A DNA stretch of 35,115 nt from Bdellovibrio sp. ZAP7 (GTDB lineage: Bacteria; Bdellovibrionota; UBA1018), in assembly GCA_945865865.1 (NCBI GenBank), contig CAMBEX010000003.1, forward strand, positions 1-35,115, in the 5' to 3' direction. Of the stretch, positions 25,747-35,115 are shown piece after piece. The notes below the pieces were generated by a model. It saw nothing but the letters and a program-made list of their open reading frames with translations. It made no database searches and was not told the DNA's origin. Position 1 is the stretch's first letter. Each line of letters opens with the position of its first letter. The translations under genes were made by a program, and so were the position numbers.

Positions 25747-27681
25747 CTACTGACGCATCTGGGCTAAATTTTCTTCAATCGCCCGGCCCTCTAGAATCCA
25801 ATGCGAGAAGCGTGTGCGCGCCTCGGATTCGCTGACCACTCCCGCCTTTGAGGCAAACCGAACCATTTCTGCATAGGCCAAGGCCTGATCGATTCGATTC
25901 CAGATGGATTCTGTTAGGCCGAGTTCCACAACCAATCGTTGCCTGAGTTCACTCCTTGCCACTCCCCGCGAACCCAGCGCAAAATGACGATCAATCAGGT
26001 CATAAATCGCGCCGGCAAAAAGCTCATAAGACTGAACGATCTGTGGCCAAGCCTCTGTTTGCGACCTCTTTCCGCGCTCAGCCAGCCGGTCCCAGCTTTT
26101 GCTTTTTGAGTCCACTGGGACCTTGGGGCGTAGCCAACCCCCACGCATCCGCCTCATCCCAAAGTCGAAGGCAACAAAACCCAAAACGACTCCGAACGCG
26201 AGGTAGCCCAGCCACGGTAAAACCCGGAGCAATTTCCCCTGGTAGACTCCCCTACCTGATTGGGTTGTTTGGTTACCCGGTGCGCCCAAGGATCGAAGCG
26301 GGCTCATTTGCATTTCTTGCTTGGCGTTCTGCGCCACATTTGGCGCCCCGTTTTGCACCCCGTTTTGCGCTGCCAAATTTTCGGCTGCACCAGACTGCAG
26401 CACTTCGATCTCAATGGAGTCGATAGCTCGAGTGAAATATTCCCGCTTACTGGGTGAGAAAAATCCAAACTCCATTTTTGGAACTGCGAATTTTCCAGGC
26501 TGCCGAGGGATCAGGGTAAATTCAAAAATCTTTTCTCCCACCCCACCTTTTCCACTTTTGGCCTTCGCCTTGACTTCAAAGACCTCGACCCCCTCAGGCC
26601 ATGCGACTTTGGGCTCGGAGATAGAAGCCACGTTTCCCTGACCTTCTACCTTGACGGTCAAACTCAGTGCCTCATTTGCACGGACCGAATACTTGTCCAC
26701 GCCGCTAGTCACTGTGAAATCACCTACGCCCCCCGAAAATGAAGCGGGGCGGCCTTCGGTCGGAAGAGGTAAAACCTCAAGACTGATGCTTTCGCTCCGA
26801 ACGCTGTTGGTCCGGGGAGCGATTTGCTGAAAAAAAGTCGCAAACGGATCCATCGCATCGTCCGTCAAATCCGATCCGGGCGAGTAGCTCGCCTTGATTC
26901 CCATTGAATCAATTTTGACCTTTCCGTCCCGACCTTCCTTGAGAGGGTAGGCCGCGTAGCGTGCCAAGAGCGCTCGCTCGTACGGAACGCCATCCAGCAT
27001 CACCTGCTCGCTTTCCAAGCGCTGGCCAAGTACTGGAATCTCAAGGTCCTCGCGTAAAAATCCGTCGAGCACCGGATATTTTTCGACCTGAATATTAAAC
27101 ACTCGAACGCGTCGATAGAGAGAGTAACTCACGATGACCTGCTCGCCCTTGTAGGCTCGGTCCTTGTCGATTTCGGCGCGTACAAAAAAATTTCGGCCCG
27201 GGTCTTTTTTTCCAGCACCCCTGAGGCCAATCCCGCTGCCTCCGTAATTTCTCGGAATCGGCGTGCCGGCTCCGCCACCGCCCACATGGATCGTGATCGG
27301 ATTACTCTTATGGGCCTTACCCCCGACCGAGACCTGAATCCCAGAGATGACGAGACTGCCGGTCTTGAGCGGGCGCAAGACGCGAGTGAACTGACGGTTG
27401 TTTCGCACTCCAAAATTTCCGTTTTCGTAATACGACTCAACGAACACACCGCTGTAGCGATTGACCTCTTCAAAATGAGGAGCGGAAAACTGAGGTTCTG
27501 CGGTATTTGAAGTTCCATCGACCCGTACAGAAAATTTCAGAGAGACGGTCTCGTCCTCGCCGATTTGAGTGCGGTCCACGGTCACTGAAAACTGAACCTG
27601 CTCGGCATCCGCGCCCCAAGCAAGCGCCGAGTGGAAAATCAAAACTCCGACTAAAGCAGACATCCACTTTCGTGGGTTCAT
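25747..27681 (-). CDS. batD: BatD-like protein
   Basis: Signal peptide, Ig-like modules, VLPLP...FSGGVGDF, LTVKVEGQGN, C-terminal TM; ATG 27681 with GAAGGAG RBS. Confidence 0.85.
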   Translation of the reverse strand: MNPRKWMSALVGVLIFHSALAWGADAEQVQFSVTVDRTQIGEDETVSLKFSVRVDGTSNTAEPQFSAPHFEEVNRYSGVFVESYYENGNFGVRNNRQFTRVLRPLKTGSLVISGIQVSVGGKAHKSNPITIHVGGGGAGTPIPRNYGGSGIGLRGAGKKDPGRNFFVRAEIDKDRAYKGEQVIVSYSLYRRVRVFNIQVEKYPVLDGFLREDLEIPVLGQRLESEQVMLDGVPYERALLARYAAYPLKEGRDGKVKIDSMGIKASYSPGSDLTDDAMDPFATFFQQIAPRTNSVRSESISLEVLPLPTEGRPASFSGGVGDFTVTSGVDKYSVRANEALSLTVKVEGQGNVASISEPKVAWPEGVEVFEVKAKAKSGKGGVGEKIFEFTLIPRQPGKFAVPKMEFGFFSPSKREYFTRAIDSIEIEVLQSGAAENLAAQNGVQNGAPNVAQNAKQEMQMSPLRSLGAPGNQTTQSGRGVYQGKLLRVLPWLGYLAFGVVLGFVAFDFGMRRMRGGWLRPKVPVDSKSKSWDRLAERGKRSQTEAWPQIVQSYELFAGAIYDLIDRHFALGSRGVARSELRQRLVVELGLTESIWNRIDQALAYAEMVRFASKAGVVSESEARTRFSHWILEGRAIEENLAQMRQ

Positions 27682-27703
27682 CTTGAACTCTCCTTCATAA
27701 CTC

Positions 27704-29578
27704 TCACCAGTCCTTGCCACCGGACTCGGACCTTCGCCCCTGCTGACGCTTGAGCTTGGCCTGAAGTTCGCGTTCACGATTTCCTAAATCAGCCATGACC
27801 CGCTCAGCATCCTCTTTGGACAGGTGCTTGGACTTAAATTCACGCTGCCGAGTACGAGTGGGGTCCTGATATTGCTTTTGTTGATCTTGCTGCTTTTGCT
27901 CACCGGAGTCCGCGCTTTTCTGTTCGTCTTTTTTTTCAGCCTGATCCTTCTTGTCCTGCTTGTCTTGCTGGCTCTGTCCTTGCTCGTTTTTCTGGTCCTG
28001 ATTTTGTTTCTGATCTTGCTTTTCTTGGTCCTTTTTTTGCTGCTCACGGACCAAAATCTCGATCTTTTTTCGCGCATCCGTCTCAACCTGTGCGTCTCCG
28101 GCTGCCTTCGCCGAAGTGATCGCGCCTAGGTAGGAGCCAATCGCGTGATCGATGTCCGCGTTTTTTTCAAAGGCCGCACCCAGGTTATAAAATGAGCGTG
28201 CAGAGAGCGCAGAATCCCGGACCTGATTGGCCGCAGCGGCAGAGCCTGAAAAATTTCGAATGGCCGCCTCCGTGTCTCCCTGCTGAAGTTGGGTGACCCC
28301 CTGATTAAACTGGGGTGCAGCCAATCCGGGATTGAGAGCTTGCGCCTCGCCAAACTTCAGTTTGGCTTCTTCAAGCTTTCCTTCTTGATACAGTTTGAGA
28401 CCTTCTTGATTTTCAAGATAAACGTCCATCGGAACCGCATGGGCCGGACGCACTCCCAACAGGCTGGCTAGGCCCAGCGATGCGAAGAACCACGAAGCTA
28501 AGACGTCAGGGCGCGAGCTTTTCAGTTCCGCCGCTGAGTTTTCACGGAGAATCTTTCTCGCAGGCATCGAAAATTCCAGAAAAAATAAAAACACCGCAAC
28601 CGCCAGAGGCCATTGGTAACGCTCCTGATAGGTCACAATCCGCCGCTCGGCGTTCTCGCTGCGGTTCAACTTTCCAAGGTCGCCGAGCAACTCTTCGAGT
28701 TCAGATTCAGAGGGCGTGACGCTCCAATATTTTCCGCCCGCCACTGACGCTACCTGCATCAGCGCCTTGGGATCAAAAGAACTCACGACGGTTTCATTGC
28801 CGTGCCTTTTGTGTCCGTGCAAAACACCGGATTCATCTCGCACCGGAATCGGTCCGCCTTTTTCGGTGCCCACACCCAAAGTGTAAAATCGAATCCCCTT
28901 GGACTTCAGCATTCTTGCGGCATCCAATGCGCCTTGTTCTTGATCCTCACCATCCGAGATCAAAACCACTGCCTTTGAGGCAAGGTCTGGCCGATTAGCG
29001 CTGCCGTCACCCCCCTCCTCGGCTCCACGTTCCAGCGACTGCAGGGCTGTTTCGAGCGCGATTCCAATATCTGTTCCCTGGTTGGTCACCACGGACGGCC
29101 CCAGGATTTCAAGCGTCTCTAGGAAATACTGAAAATCCGTGGTCAAAGGACACGCGACAAACGCACTGGCCGCGAACGCTACCGCACCCACTCGGTCCCC
29201 CTTGAGCGCTTCGACAAGATTTCTAATCAGATGCTTGGCCTTTTTGATTCGGCTCGGAACCACATCCTCAACCAACATGCTGTTTGAAACGTCGAGTACC
29301 AGCATGATGTCAAGGCCATCCACTTTGACAATTTCCTCTTGGCGGCCCCACTGAGGTCTGGCAAGCGCAAGAAAAACGAACGCCAGTGCGATGAGCGCAA
29401 GGCGCGCCTTTCTGAAAAGAGCCCCGGGCTCCAGCTCAGGTGCAACCCGCGACCAAAGGCTGGGGTGAATGGTTTTTGAAAATTTGAGAACCCGAGATTT
29501 CTGCTGGTGGCGTAGAAACAAATAAACGAGGGGCAAGAAAGTGAGTGCCCAAAGCCAACCGGGATACACGAACTTCAC
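27704..29578 (-). CDS. batB: VWA + TPR protein (BatB-BatC fusion)
   Basis: ALARPQWG, MIDAS DVSNSM, ISDGED, TPRs (YNLGAAF), Q/K/D-rich tail, KDW terminus. Confidence 0.85.
   Translation of the reverse strand: MKFVYPGWLWALTFLPLVYLFLRHQQKSRVLKFSKTIHPSLWSRVAPELEPGALFRKARLALIALAFVFLALARPQWGRQEEIVKVDGLDIMLVLDVSNSMLVEDVVPSRIKKAKHLIRNLVEALKGDRVGAVAFAASAFVACPLTTDFQYFLETLEILGPSVVTNQGTDIGIALETALQSLERGAEEGGDGSANRPDLASKAVVLISDGEDQEQGALDAARMLKSKGIRFYTLGVGTEKGGPIPVRDESGVLHGHKRHGNETVVSSFDPKALMQVASVAGGKYWSVTPSESELEELLGDLGKLNRSENAERRIVTYQERYQWPLAVAVFLFFLEFSMPARKILRENSAAELKSSRPDVLASWFFASLGLASLLGVRPAHAVPMDVYLENQEGLKLYQEGKLEEAKLKFGEAQALNPGLAAPQFNQGVTQLQQGDTEAAIRNFSGSAAAANQVRDSALSARSFYNLGAAFEKNADIDHAIGSYLGAITSAKAAGDAQVETDARKKIEILVREQQKKDQEKQDQKQNQDQKNEQGQSQQDKQDKKDQAEKKDEQKSADSGEQKQQDQQKQYQDPTRTRQREFKSKHLSKEDAERVMADLGNRERELQAKLKRQQGRRSESGGKDW
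27865..28050 (-). repeat. Low-complexity Q/K/D/E-rich coding linker
   Basis: EQQKKDQEKQDQKQNQDQKNEQGQSQQDKQDKKDQ...; typical of BatC tails. Confidence 0.8.
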
Positions 29579-30558
29579 GGCAACACCCCCCAGGAAAGCA
29601 AGGCCGTCAGAAATTCAAGCAACACCAGAAACAGACCCAATAACAAGGGAGTCTGAAATTTTTCGTCATAACGGATTTTTTCGGTGGTTTTGAGATCCGT
29701 TTTTTCGAGCTGATCGATTTCCTTGAAAACCGAGTCCAGCGCCTGCTCGTCGGTCACGCGATAAAATTTTCCGTTCGTCGATTCGGCAATCTGCTGAAGG
29801 AGTGCAGGATTGAGCGCGTTTTCAAAGTATTGATAATTGACGATATCTCGCCCAAATACACTTTTGGTTCGCACCGGCATTCGCACGCGGCCCTCACGAC
29901 CGATCGCGATGGTGTAAACACGAATGTCATAGCCTGCGGCCAGTTCTCCGGCGGTTGCTGGATCCACCTGACCCACGTTGTTGTCACCATCCGTGAGCAA
30001 AATAATCACTCGTGTTTTAGCGGGCGAGTTTTTGAGGCGGTTGACTGCAAGTGAAAGTCCATCGCCGATCCCGGTTCCGTCTTTCAAGACACCGATGCGT
30101 GCGTCTCGGAGCGCCTTCATCACCAGACCGTAATCGAGGGTGGGTGGAGCCAGGGTGAGCGGCTCTCCGCTGAAAATCAAAAAACCGATCCGGTCATTTT
30201 GGCGGCCCTTGATGAAGGCCTCCATCGTGTCCTTGGCGATGTCAAAACGCGAACGTTCGGAGAGGTCCTCGATGTTCATGCTGGCGGAAACATCCATGAC
30301 CATCATGATGTCGAGCCCGTTGACCTTTCGCTCGACTTGCCGATTGCTCGACTGAGGTCTCGCCAGCGCCGTAATGAAAAAAATCAGGCCGACGTATTTG
30401 ATGAGTTGAAAGAACCGGCGCGAACTCGCGCGGCTGACCTCGCGTGAAACCGCAATCGGAAACCGAATCGCGGCCGGGCGATTGCGCTTTCTCCACCACC
30501 GATGGAGCAGAGGGATCAAGAGAGCGAGCAACAAAAAGGGCCACGCGCTAAATCGCAC
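29575..30558 (-). CDS. batA: VWA domain protein BatA
   Basis: ALARPQ, DVSASM, DRIGFLIF, LLTDGDNN, IDQLEK; start set at GTG 30558. Confidence 0.88.
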   Translation of the reverse strand: MRFSAWPFLLLALLIPLLHRWWRKRNRPAAIRFPIAVSREVSRASSRRFFQLIKYVGLIFFITALARPQSSNRQVERKVNGLDIMMVMDVSASMNIEDLSERSRFDIAKDTMEAFIKGRQNDRIGFLIFSGEPLTLAPPTLDYGLVMKALRDARIGVLKDGTGIGDGLSLAVNRLKNSPAKTRVIILLTDGDNNVGQVDPATAGELAAGYDIRVYTIAIGREGRVRMPVRTKSVFGRDIVNYQYFENALNPALLQQIAESTNGKFYRVTDEQALDSVFKEIDQLEKTDLKTTEKIRYDEKFQTPLLLGLFLVLLEFLTALLSWGVLP

Positions 30559-31735
30559 TCCTGGCCTCACTTCCTTTGGCGCCGTTCGTGGCAGAAATCC
30601 CGGCCGCCACGACTTTGATCCGCGTCTCAAGCACTATTTTTCGCGCCTCTTCAAGAAGCAGCTGGGGCTCCCGCCCTGTCGGCGCAAAATCCGTAAACTT
30701 CACACGATCAAGTTTTTCGTAGAGGGCTGTGACTCGTTCCAAAAAACTACGATCCAGAGGTCTTTTGCTCTGCTTTTCTAATAACTGAACCAGCTCACCC
30801 GATGTCGACTCGAGGGCATCGACCTCAAATCTGCGCGCAAAGTAGGCTTTAAGAATCTCTGAAATTCCAAAATAGTGTTTTTTGAATTGGGAGTTGAGCG
30901 CGAAACCTTTTTGTTCCAGTTCGGACAGCGCCTGCAGCGCGACCTGATCTTCGGGTTTTTCGGGTACAGGGACTTTTGGCAATGCGGCCGGACGTCTATT
31001 CTTGAACCATCGCAAAACTCCCCAGATCACCCCGGCCATGAGAGCCGCGCCGACGAGTCCCAGTGCTACGGCTGCCCAAATCGGAAAGGCCAACCCTATG
31101 GGAGGCAAAAGCTCTGCCGGTTTGTTTTTCTCGGCATCTTCAGCAGAGCCCAGTGCTGATTTTGCTTTAAGTTGAAGCGGGCGCGTGCGGCCCTGCGCTT
31201 TTTTTGCCTCATCCAAAAGCACGAGCGCAGGGAGTTTCAAATCTCCGGAGCGCACAAGTGCGAGTTCAAAAATCACGTCGTCTGACGGGGTGGGCGAAGG
31301 GTTGTGCGAGGTGTTTGGGGCCGCGGCTCCCGATGTAACTAAAAACGCTCCCGGTTGCGCAACCACATGAAATCCATCGCCCGAAATGCTCTCCGGCGAC
31401 TCCGCCACTGGAGCTTTAGCCACTGACACGACACGATCGCGCACGGACTGAGATCCCAGCGCGCGCAATTTTATAGAATCGCCGACGCTCCTGTCCGAAT
31501 GGGACGGCTTGGCGTCCTCCACGATCTCAAGGTCATAGGCGGGCAGGAGCAAAAAATCCCCGGTCTGTGCCGCTGGACTCAACGATGTAGATTCAGCGCG
31601 CGCAAAACCAGGCCCAATCGCCGGCTGAAATGCCAAAAGCGATCCTAGGGCAACGACCCACGCAACCGGGGCGATCGGTGAACTACCGCCTACGGCGCGC
31701 GCGCGCGCGAAAAAATCGCACCACGGCTTCCCCAT
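30548..31735 (-). CDS. Bat-operon membrane protein (DUF4381-like)
   Basis: Central TM segment then ALQALSELE...HYFGISEILKAYF...ALESTSGEL...DRVKF; start uncertain. Confidence 0.7.
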   Translation of the reverse strand: MGKPWCDFFARARAVGGSSPIAPVAWVVALGSLLAFQPAIGPGFARAESTSLSPAAQTGDFLLLPAYDLEIVEDAKPSHSDRSVGDSIKLRALGSQSVRDRVVSVAKAPVAESPESISGDGFHVVAQPGAFLVTSGAAAPNTSHNPSPTPSDDVIFELALVRSGDLKLPALVLLDEAKKAQGRTRPLQLKAKSALGSAEDAEKNKPAELLPPIGLAFPIWAAVALGLVGAALMAGVIWGVLRWFKNRRPAALPKVPVPEKPEDQVALQALSELEQKGFALNSQFKKHYFGISEILKAYFARRFEVDALESTSGELVQLLEKQSKRPLDRSFLERVTALYEKLDRVKFTDFAPTGREPQLLLEEARKIVLETRIKVVAAGISATNGAKGSEARSAI

Positions 31736-32561
31736 GGTCCTCCCGAGTCATGATCTTGAGTTGCTCAACTCTGCCGCCCTTGAACGCCGTTTCGAGATCG
31801 GTCTCATGGGCCGTGTGAGATTCCTTAAACCACTTTTTGAAAGCATATCCCCCGGTATCGACCATGCGCTCATCGCCGGTTTCGGGGTCAGAAAACATCA
31901 GATATCCGACATTTGGCACATGGGACTCGCGTTCATCCGAAACGCGAATGGCCACTACGTCATGCTTTCTCGCAAGACGTCTCAGAGGAATTTCGTAGTT
32001 CGAAGCCATAAAGTCGCTCAGCACGAAAACGATTCCCTTATGCTTCATGATTTTTCCGGCCGACTCCAGCGCTCTGGCCAAATTTGTGCCCGGAGTCTTG
32101 GCCTGAAATCCCAGCAGGTCGCGAACAATCCGCAAAACGTGCTGTTTACCTTTTTTGGGCGGGATGATTTTTTCGACCTCGCCTCCAAACAAAAGCGCAC
32201 CCACTTTGTCGCCCGTCACGGTGGCTGCAAAAGCCAGGATCGCTCCGACCTCGGCGGCGACCTCGGACTTGAGTTTTCCGTTTGAACCAAAGCTCTCCGA
32301 GCCCGAGACGTCCACGATCAAAAAAAGAGTCAACTCTCGTTCTTCGTCAAATTTTTTGATGACCGTCTCGCGACTGCGAGCCGAAACCTTCCAGTCAATA
32401 TGGCGGACGTCATCTCCCGGAACGTAAATCCGGTGATCGGAAAACTGCACGCCCTGTCCCTTGAAGGAGCTCCGGTATTGCCCAGTCATGACATCGTTGA
32501 CCATCCGGCGCGTGGTGAATTCGATCTGACGGACTTTTTTCAACAACTCCTGTTGAATCAT
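31683..32561 (-). CDS. DUF58 family protein
   Basis: FKGQGVQFSDHRIYVPGDDVRHIDWKVSAR, EEREL, VDVSGS, LSDF. Confidence 0.93.
   Translation of the reverse strand: MIQQELLKKVRQIEFTTRRMVNDVMTGQYRSSFKGQGVQFSDHRIYVPGDDVRHIDWKVSARSRETVIKKFDEERELTLFLIVDVSGSESFGSNGKLKSEVAAEVGAILAFAATVTGDKVGALLFGGEVEKIIPPKKGKQHVLRIVRDLLGFQAKTPGTNLARALESAGKIMKHKGIVFVLSDFMASNYEIPLRRLARKHDVVAIRVSDERESHVPNVGYLMFSDPETGDERMVDTGGYAFKKWFKESHTAHETDLETAFKGGRVEQLKIMTREDHGEAVVRFFRARARRRR
31695..31709. repeat. (GC)7G dinucleotide run in a gene overlap
   Basis: gcgcgcgcgcgcgcg read directly. Confidence 0.8.
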
Positions 32562-33574
32562 TACGGAACTTCTACGTGTTGAAGAATCTTTTTGATGATC
32601 TGTTCACTGTCCACACCGTCGGCCTCGGCCTCAAAAGTCACTAGGATCCGGTGGCGGAGCACGTCGTAGGCAATCGCCTTGACGTCTTCTGGAGTCACGA
32701 ACCCGCGATGGCGGATAAAGGCATGAGCACGACTGGCCTTCGCAAGCGCAAGCGTCGCACGTGGAGACGCACCGACTTGAATCTGTGAGGCAAGCCCTGA
32801 AATGCCCGCCTTGATAGGAAAGCGGGTCGCAAAAACAATTGAGAGTATATAATCCTTGAGCTTCTCATCCATGTAGATTTGCGAACAAACTTGTCTGGCT
32901 TTGAGAATATCTGCCGGCTGGCAAACTTTTTTAGCTTTGGGGACCACGGTCCCGGACATTCGATTCAAAATCAGCTTTTCTTCGTGCAGCGTCGGGTAAT
33001 CCACTTTCACCTTGAACAAAAATCGGTCGAGTTGCGCTTCGGGTAACGCGTAAGTGCCCTCTTGTTCGATTGGATTTTGAGTTGCCAGCACCGTAAAGGG
33101 CTCCGGCAATTTATAAGTCGTATCTCCAATGGTGACCTGGTGCTCTCCCATGGCTTCCAAGAGCGCGCTCTGCACCTTGGCGGGCGCACGATTGATTTCG
33201 TCCGCAAGCACGAGATGAGTAAATACTGGCCCTTTTTTAGGGGTAAACTCGGCGGTTTTTGGATTAAAAATCATCGTGCCGACGAGATCAGCTGGCAGCA
33301 AATCCGGTGTGAACTGAATTCGCTGAAAATCCGCATGGAGAGCATCGGCCAAAGTCTTGATCGTGAGCGTTTTTGCCAAACCTGGCAGACCCTCGAGCAA
33401 AACATGCCCGTCGCAAAGCAAAGCCAACAATAGGCGCTCTAGGAGGGTTCGTTGACCGACCACTACGCTTGAGACTTCGGTCAAAAGCGTGTCAATAAAT
33501 TGGCTGCGCTGTTTGATTTCCTCGGTAAGTGCCTGAACGTCGAGCGTCGTTTGAGTAGAAGACATGTTGGACAT
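32561..33574 (-). CDS. moxR: MoxR family AAA+ ATPase
   Basis: HVLLEGLPGLAKT, RIQFTPDLLPAD, DEINRAPAKVQSALLEAM, ATQNPIEQEGTYALPEAQLDRF, GASPRA. Confidence 0.95.
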   Translation of the reverse strand: MSNMSSTQTTLDVQALTEEIKQRSQFIDTLLTEVSSVVVGQRTLLERLLLALLCDGHVLLEGLPGLAKTLTIKTLADALHADFQRIQFTPDLLPADLVGTMIFNPKTAEFTPKKGPVFTHLVLADEINRAPAKVQSALLEAMGEHQVTIGDTTYKLPEPFTVLATQNPIEQEGTYALPEAQLDRFLFKVKVDYPTLHEEKLILNRMSGTVVPKAKKVCQPADILKARQVCSQIYMDEKLKDYILSIVFATRFPIKAGISGLASQIQVGASPRATLALAKASRAHAFIRHRGFVTPEDVKAIAYDVLRHRILVTFEAEADGVDSEQIIKKILQHVEVP

Positions 33575-33618
33575 GTCGTTTATCTTCCGCCCATCAATTA
33601 GGGCAGTCAAGAGAAGGG

Positions 33619-35115
33619 TCAGGGAGATGGCTTGGGAACGCCTCGACGAAGTTGACTGAAAAACTCCTTAATCTCGCCGTTCTCTACGTACTTGCTGAGC
33701 GCGCTCAACATCTTCAAAAAGCGCTCAGGATCATTCTTGATCATAACCATGAACTGAAAGCTGTCTCCGTTTTCAAGTCGATCAGCAAGATATTGACGGA
33801 CTTTGAGCGCGGACTGCGGAGACCCCGGAAGCCGCGTGGATGGCTCTTCTTTGAAAAACTCCAGAGCGTTTTCAAAAATCTCATCCATCTTGAGTTTGGA
33901 GTAATCGGTCAGATCCAGAGCCTCAAGACGTCGCTTGAATAAACCCCAGCGCGCTTCGTTCTCGGGGCGATCCACGATTAAGAGTATATCCATGAAATCG
34001 AGCACGAGAAGGCGATCGCCGTTGGTCGCCGGAATGGCAAGCACATCAACCAGCAGTCTAAAAAACTCGGACCGACCGGGTGTCTGTGGATCCTGTTCCG
34101 CCAGCGCCCGCACCATTCCCGCTGATTCCGGTGAACTCAAGTACTTCAAAATCGTGCCTGAATTTTTAAGAAAATAATCGCCGTAATCCGTCAAAAGCGT
34201 CGCTGTCGCCTGAAGCGTAGCTTCGGTCACGCCCGCCTCTCTACCCATGACCATTGAGTAGAAAGCCAGCTGCTTGAGCCGCGCGGCTCGTCCAGAGTCG
34301 TCAAGCGCGTCAAACATCTTGTCGAAAACTGCCCGGGGCAGACGCAGCTCGGGATCCTTACTGAACAACGCCTCAAGCACCGAACGAAGGATCGGCACGC
34401 AACGAGGGACTTCAGCTTCAACTGAAAGTCCGCAGGCGGTTCCAAGGTGAATGAACCCATCAAAAAACTTATCCATCAGTTGTGAGTCGTGATTTTCCGG
34501 AAGCGTGCTGACTCGCATGTTTTTGGAGATCTGGCGGAACATCCCCATTCGGGCCAGCTTGATTCCAACGCCGACATTGTTCTTCCACGCTGTTTTCGCG
34601 CTGTCGGAACGAAACTCTTCGGGAGTGCTTGCATACAATTCGAACAGGAGATTGCGAAGGACTCCCATTCCGCCGCGATAAGGTCCCGCGGCATCCGGAA
34701 GATTTTCGCCGATCACTCCAACCAGCTGATGCAGGTTGAAGAGGCGGGCTTTCACGTCGGTCGGAAAAACTCCGACTTGTTTTTCATTGAACTCGGCGCA
34801 CTCGGGAACATCCGGATAGCCGATAAAAAAAGACGCCAACTTCAGAGTGCTGCGGATGTCATCGTAAGCATCCCGCAAGGTCGGCGGACGCCTGGATCCC
34901 GGGTAGAGCTTTTTGATCAGCGGCGGCCAACTCTCTCGTGGCTCGTCGCCCCAGGCCAATGCGATCGAATTCAAAAACTCCAACGCAAAATTTTGCGGGA
35001 GCAAGTATTTGAAATCCGCGTTGGTCACCAAAAGTTCAAAACGGTCCAGAGTACTGACCACTTTGAGTCGCGGGAGTGCCTCGCCGGGATAGAAATAAGG
35101 AATTGTGTGAAGCTC
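33619..35115 (-). CDS. Large hypothetical protein, C-terminal part (5' end outside the window)
   Basis: Frame is open to the window edge (ELHTIPYFYPGEALPRLKV...); helical, no recognisable motif. Confidence 0.75.
   Translation of the reverse strand, partial: ELHTIPYFYPGEALPRLKVVSTLDRFELLVTNADFKYLLPQNFALEFLNSIALAWGDEPRESWPPLIKKLYPGSRRPPTLRDAYDDIRSTLKLASFFIGYPDVPECAEFNEKQVGVFPTDVKARLFNLHQLVGVIGENLPDAAGPYRGGMGVLRNLLFELYASTPEEFRSDSAKTAWKNNVGVGIKLARMGMFRQISKNMRVSTLPENHDSQLMDKFFDGFIHLGTACGLSVEAEVPRCVPILRSVLEALFSKDPELRLPRAVFDKMFDALDDSGRAARLKQLAFYSMVMGREAGVTEATLQATATLLTDYGDYFLKNSGTILKYLSSPESAGMVRALAEQDPQTPGRSEFFRLLVDVLAIPATNGDRLLVLDFMDILLIVDRPENEARWGLFKRRLEALDLTDYSKLKMDEIFENALEFFKEEPSTRLPGSPQSALKVRQYLADRLENGDSFQFMVMIKNDPERFLKMLSALSKYVENGEIKEFFSQLRRGVPKPSP

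Noticed and set aside
26346-26368. 12-bp-period tandem duplication in batD
   Set aside because: In-frame linker repeat (QNG) with no regulatory signal.
27824-28129. Leu-rich plus-strand ORF
   Set aside because: Antisense shadow of the Q/K-rich BatC linker.

Overview
35-kb bacterial chromosomal segment, almost entirely on the minus strand. Gene content and synteny suggest a Bdellovibrionota/Myxococcota-type predator (inference). In transcription order it holds: a large unknown protein cut by the window edge; a moxR-DUF58-membrane protein-batA-batB/C-batD operon; type III glutamine synthetase and ribF; a nearly complete Myxococcus-style type IVa pilus cluster (pilB-pilT-pilC-pilR-pilA ... pilG/pilH/pilI-pilD-pilin-like gene-pilMNOPQ); then a TPR gene, efp, accB, accC, a short SgmX/Bd2492-like TPR gene and a TamB-like gene. 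Main departures from the canonical cluster: (1) a plus-strand block next to pilA carries a hairpin-rich 356-bp spacer, a helical-domain HNH nuclease and an AAA_14/DUF4143 ATPase with an apparently dead nuclease domain; (2) PilR has no receiver domain and pilS is absent; (3) the TamB-like gene has an in-frame TAG with coding-like sequence continuing past it; (4) pilB and pilM share the same promoter architecture. No rRNA, tRNA, CRISPR array or transposase was seen. All family assignments come from motifs read by eye, not from database searches.
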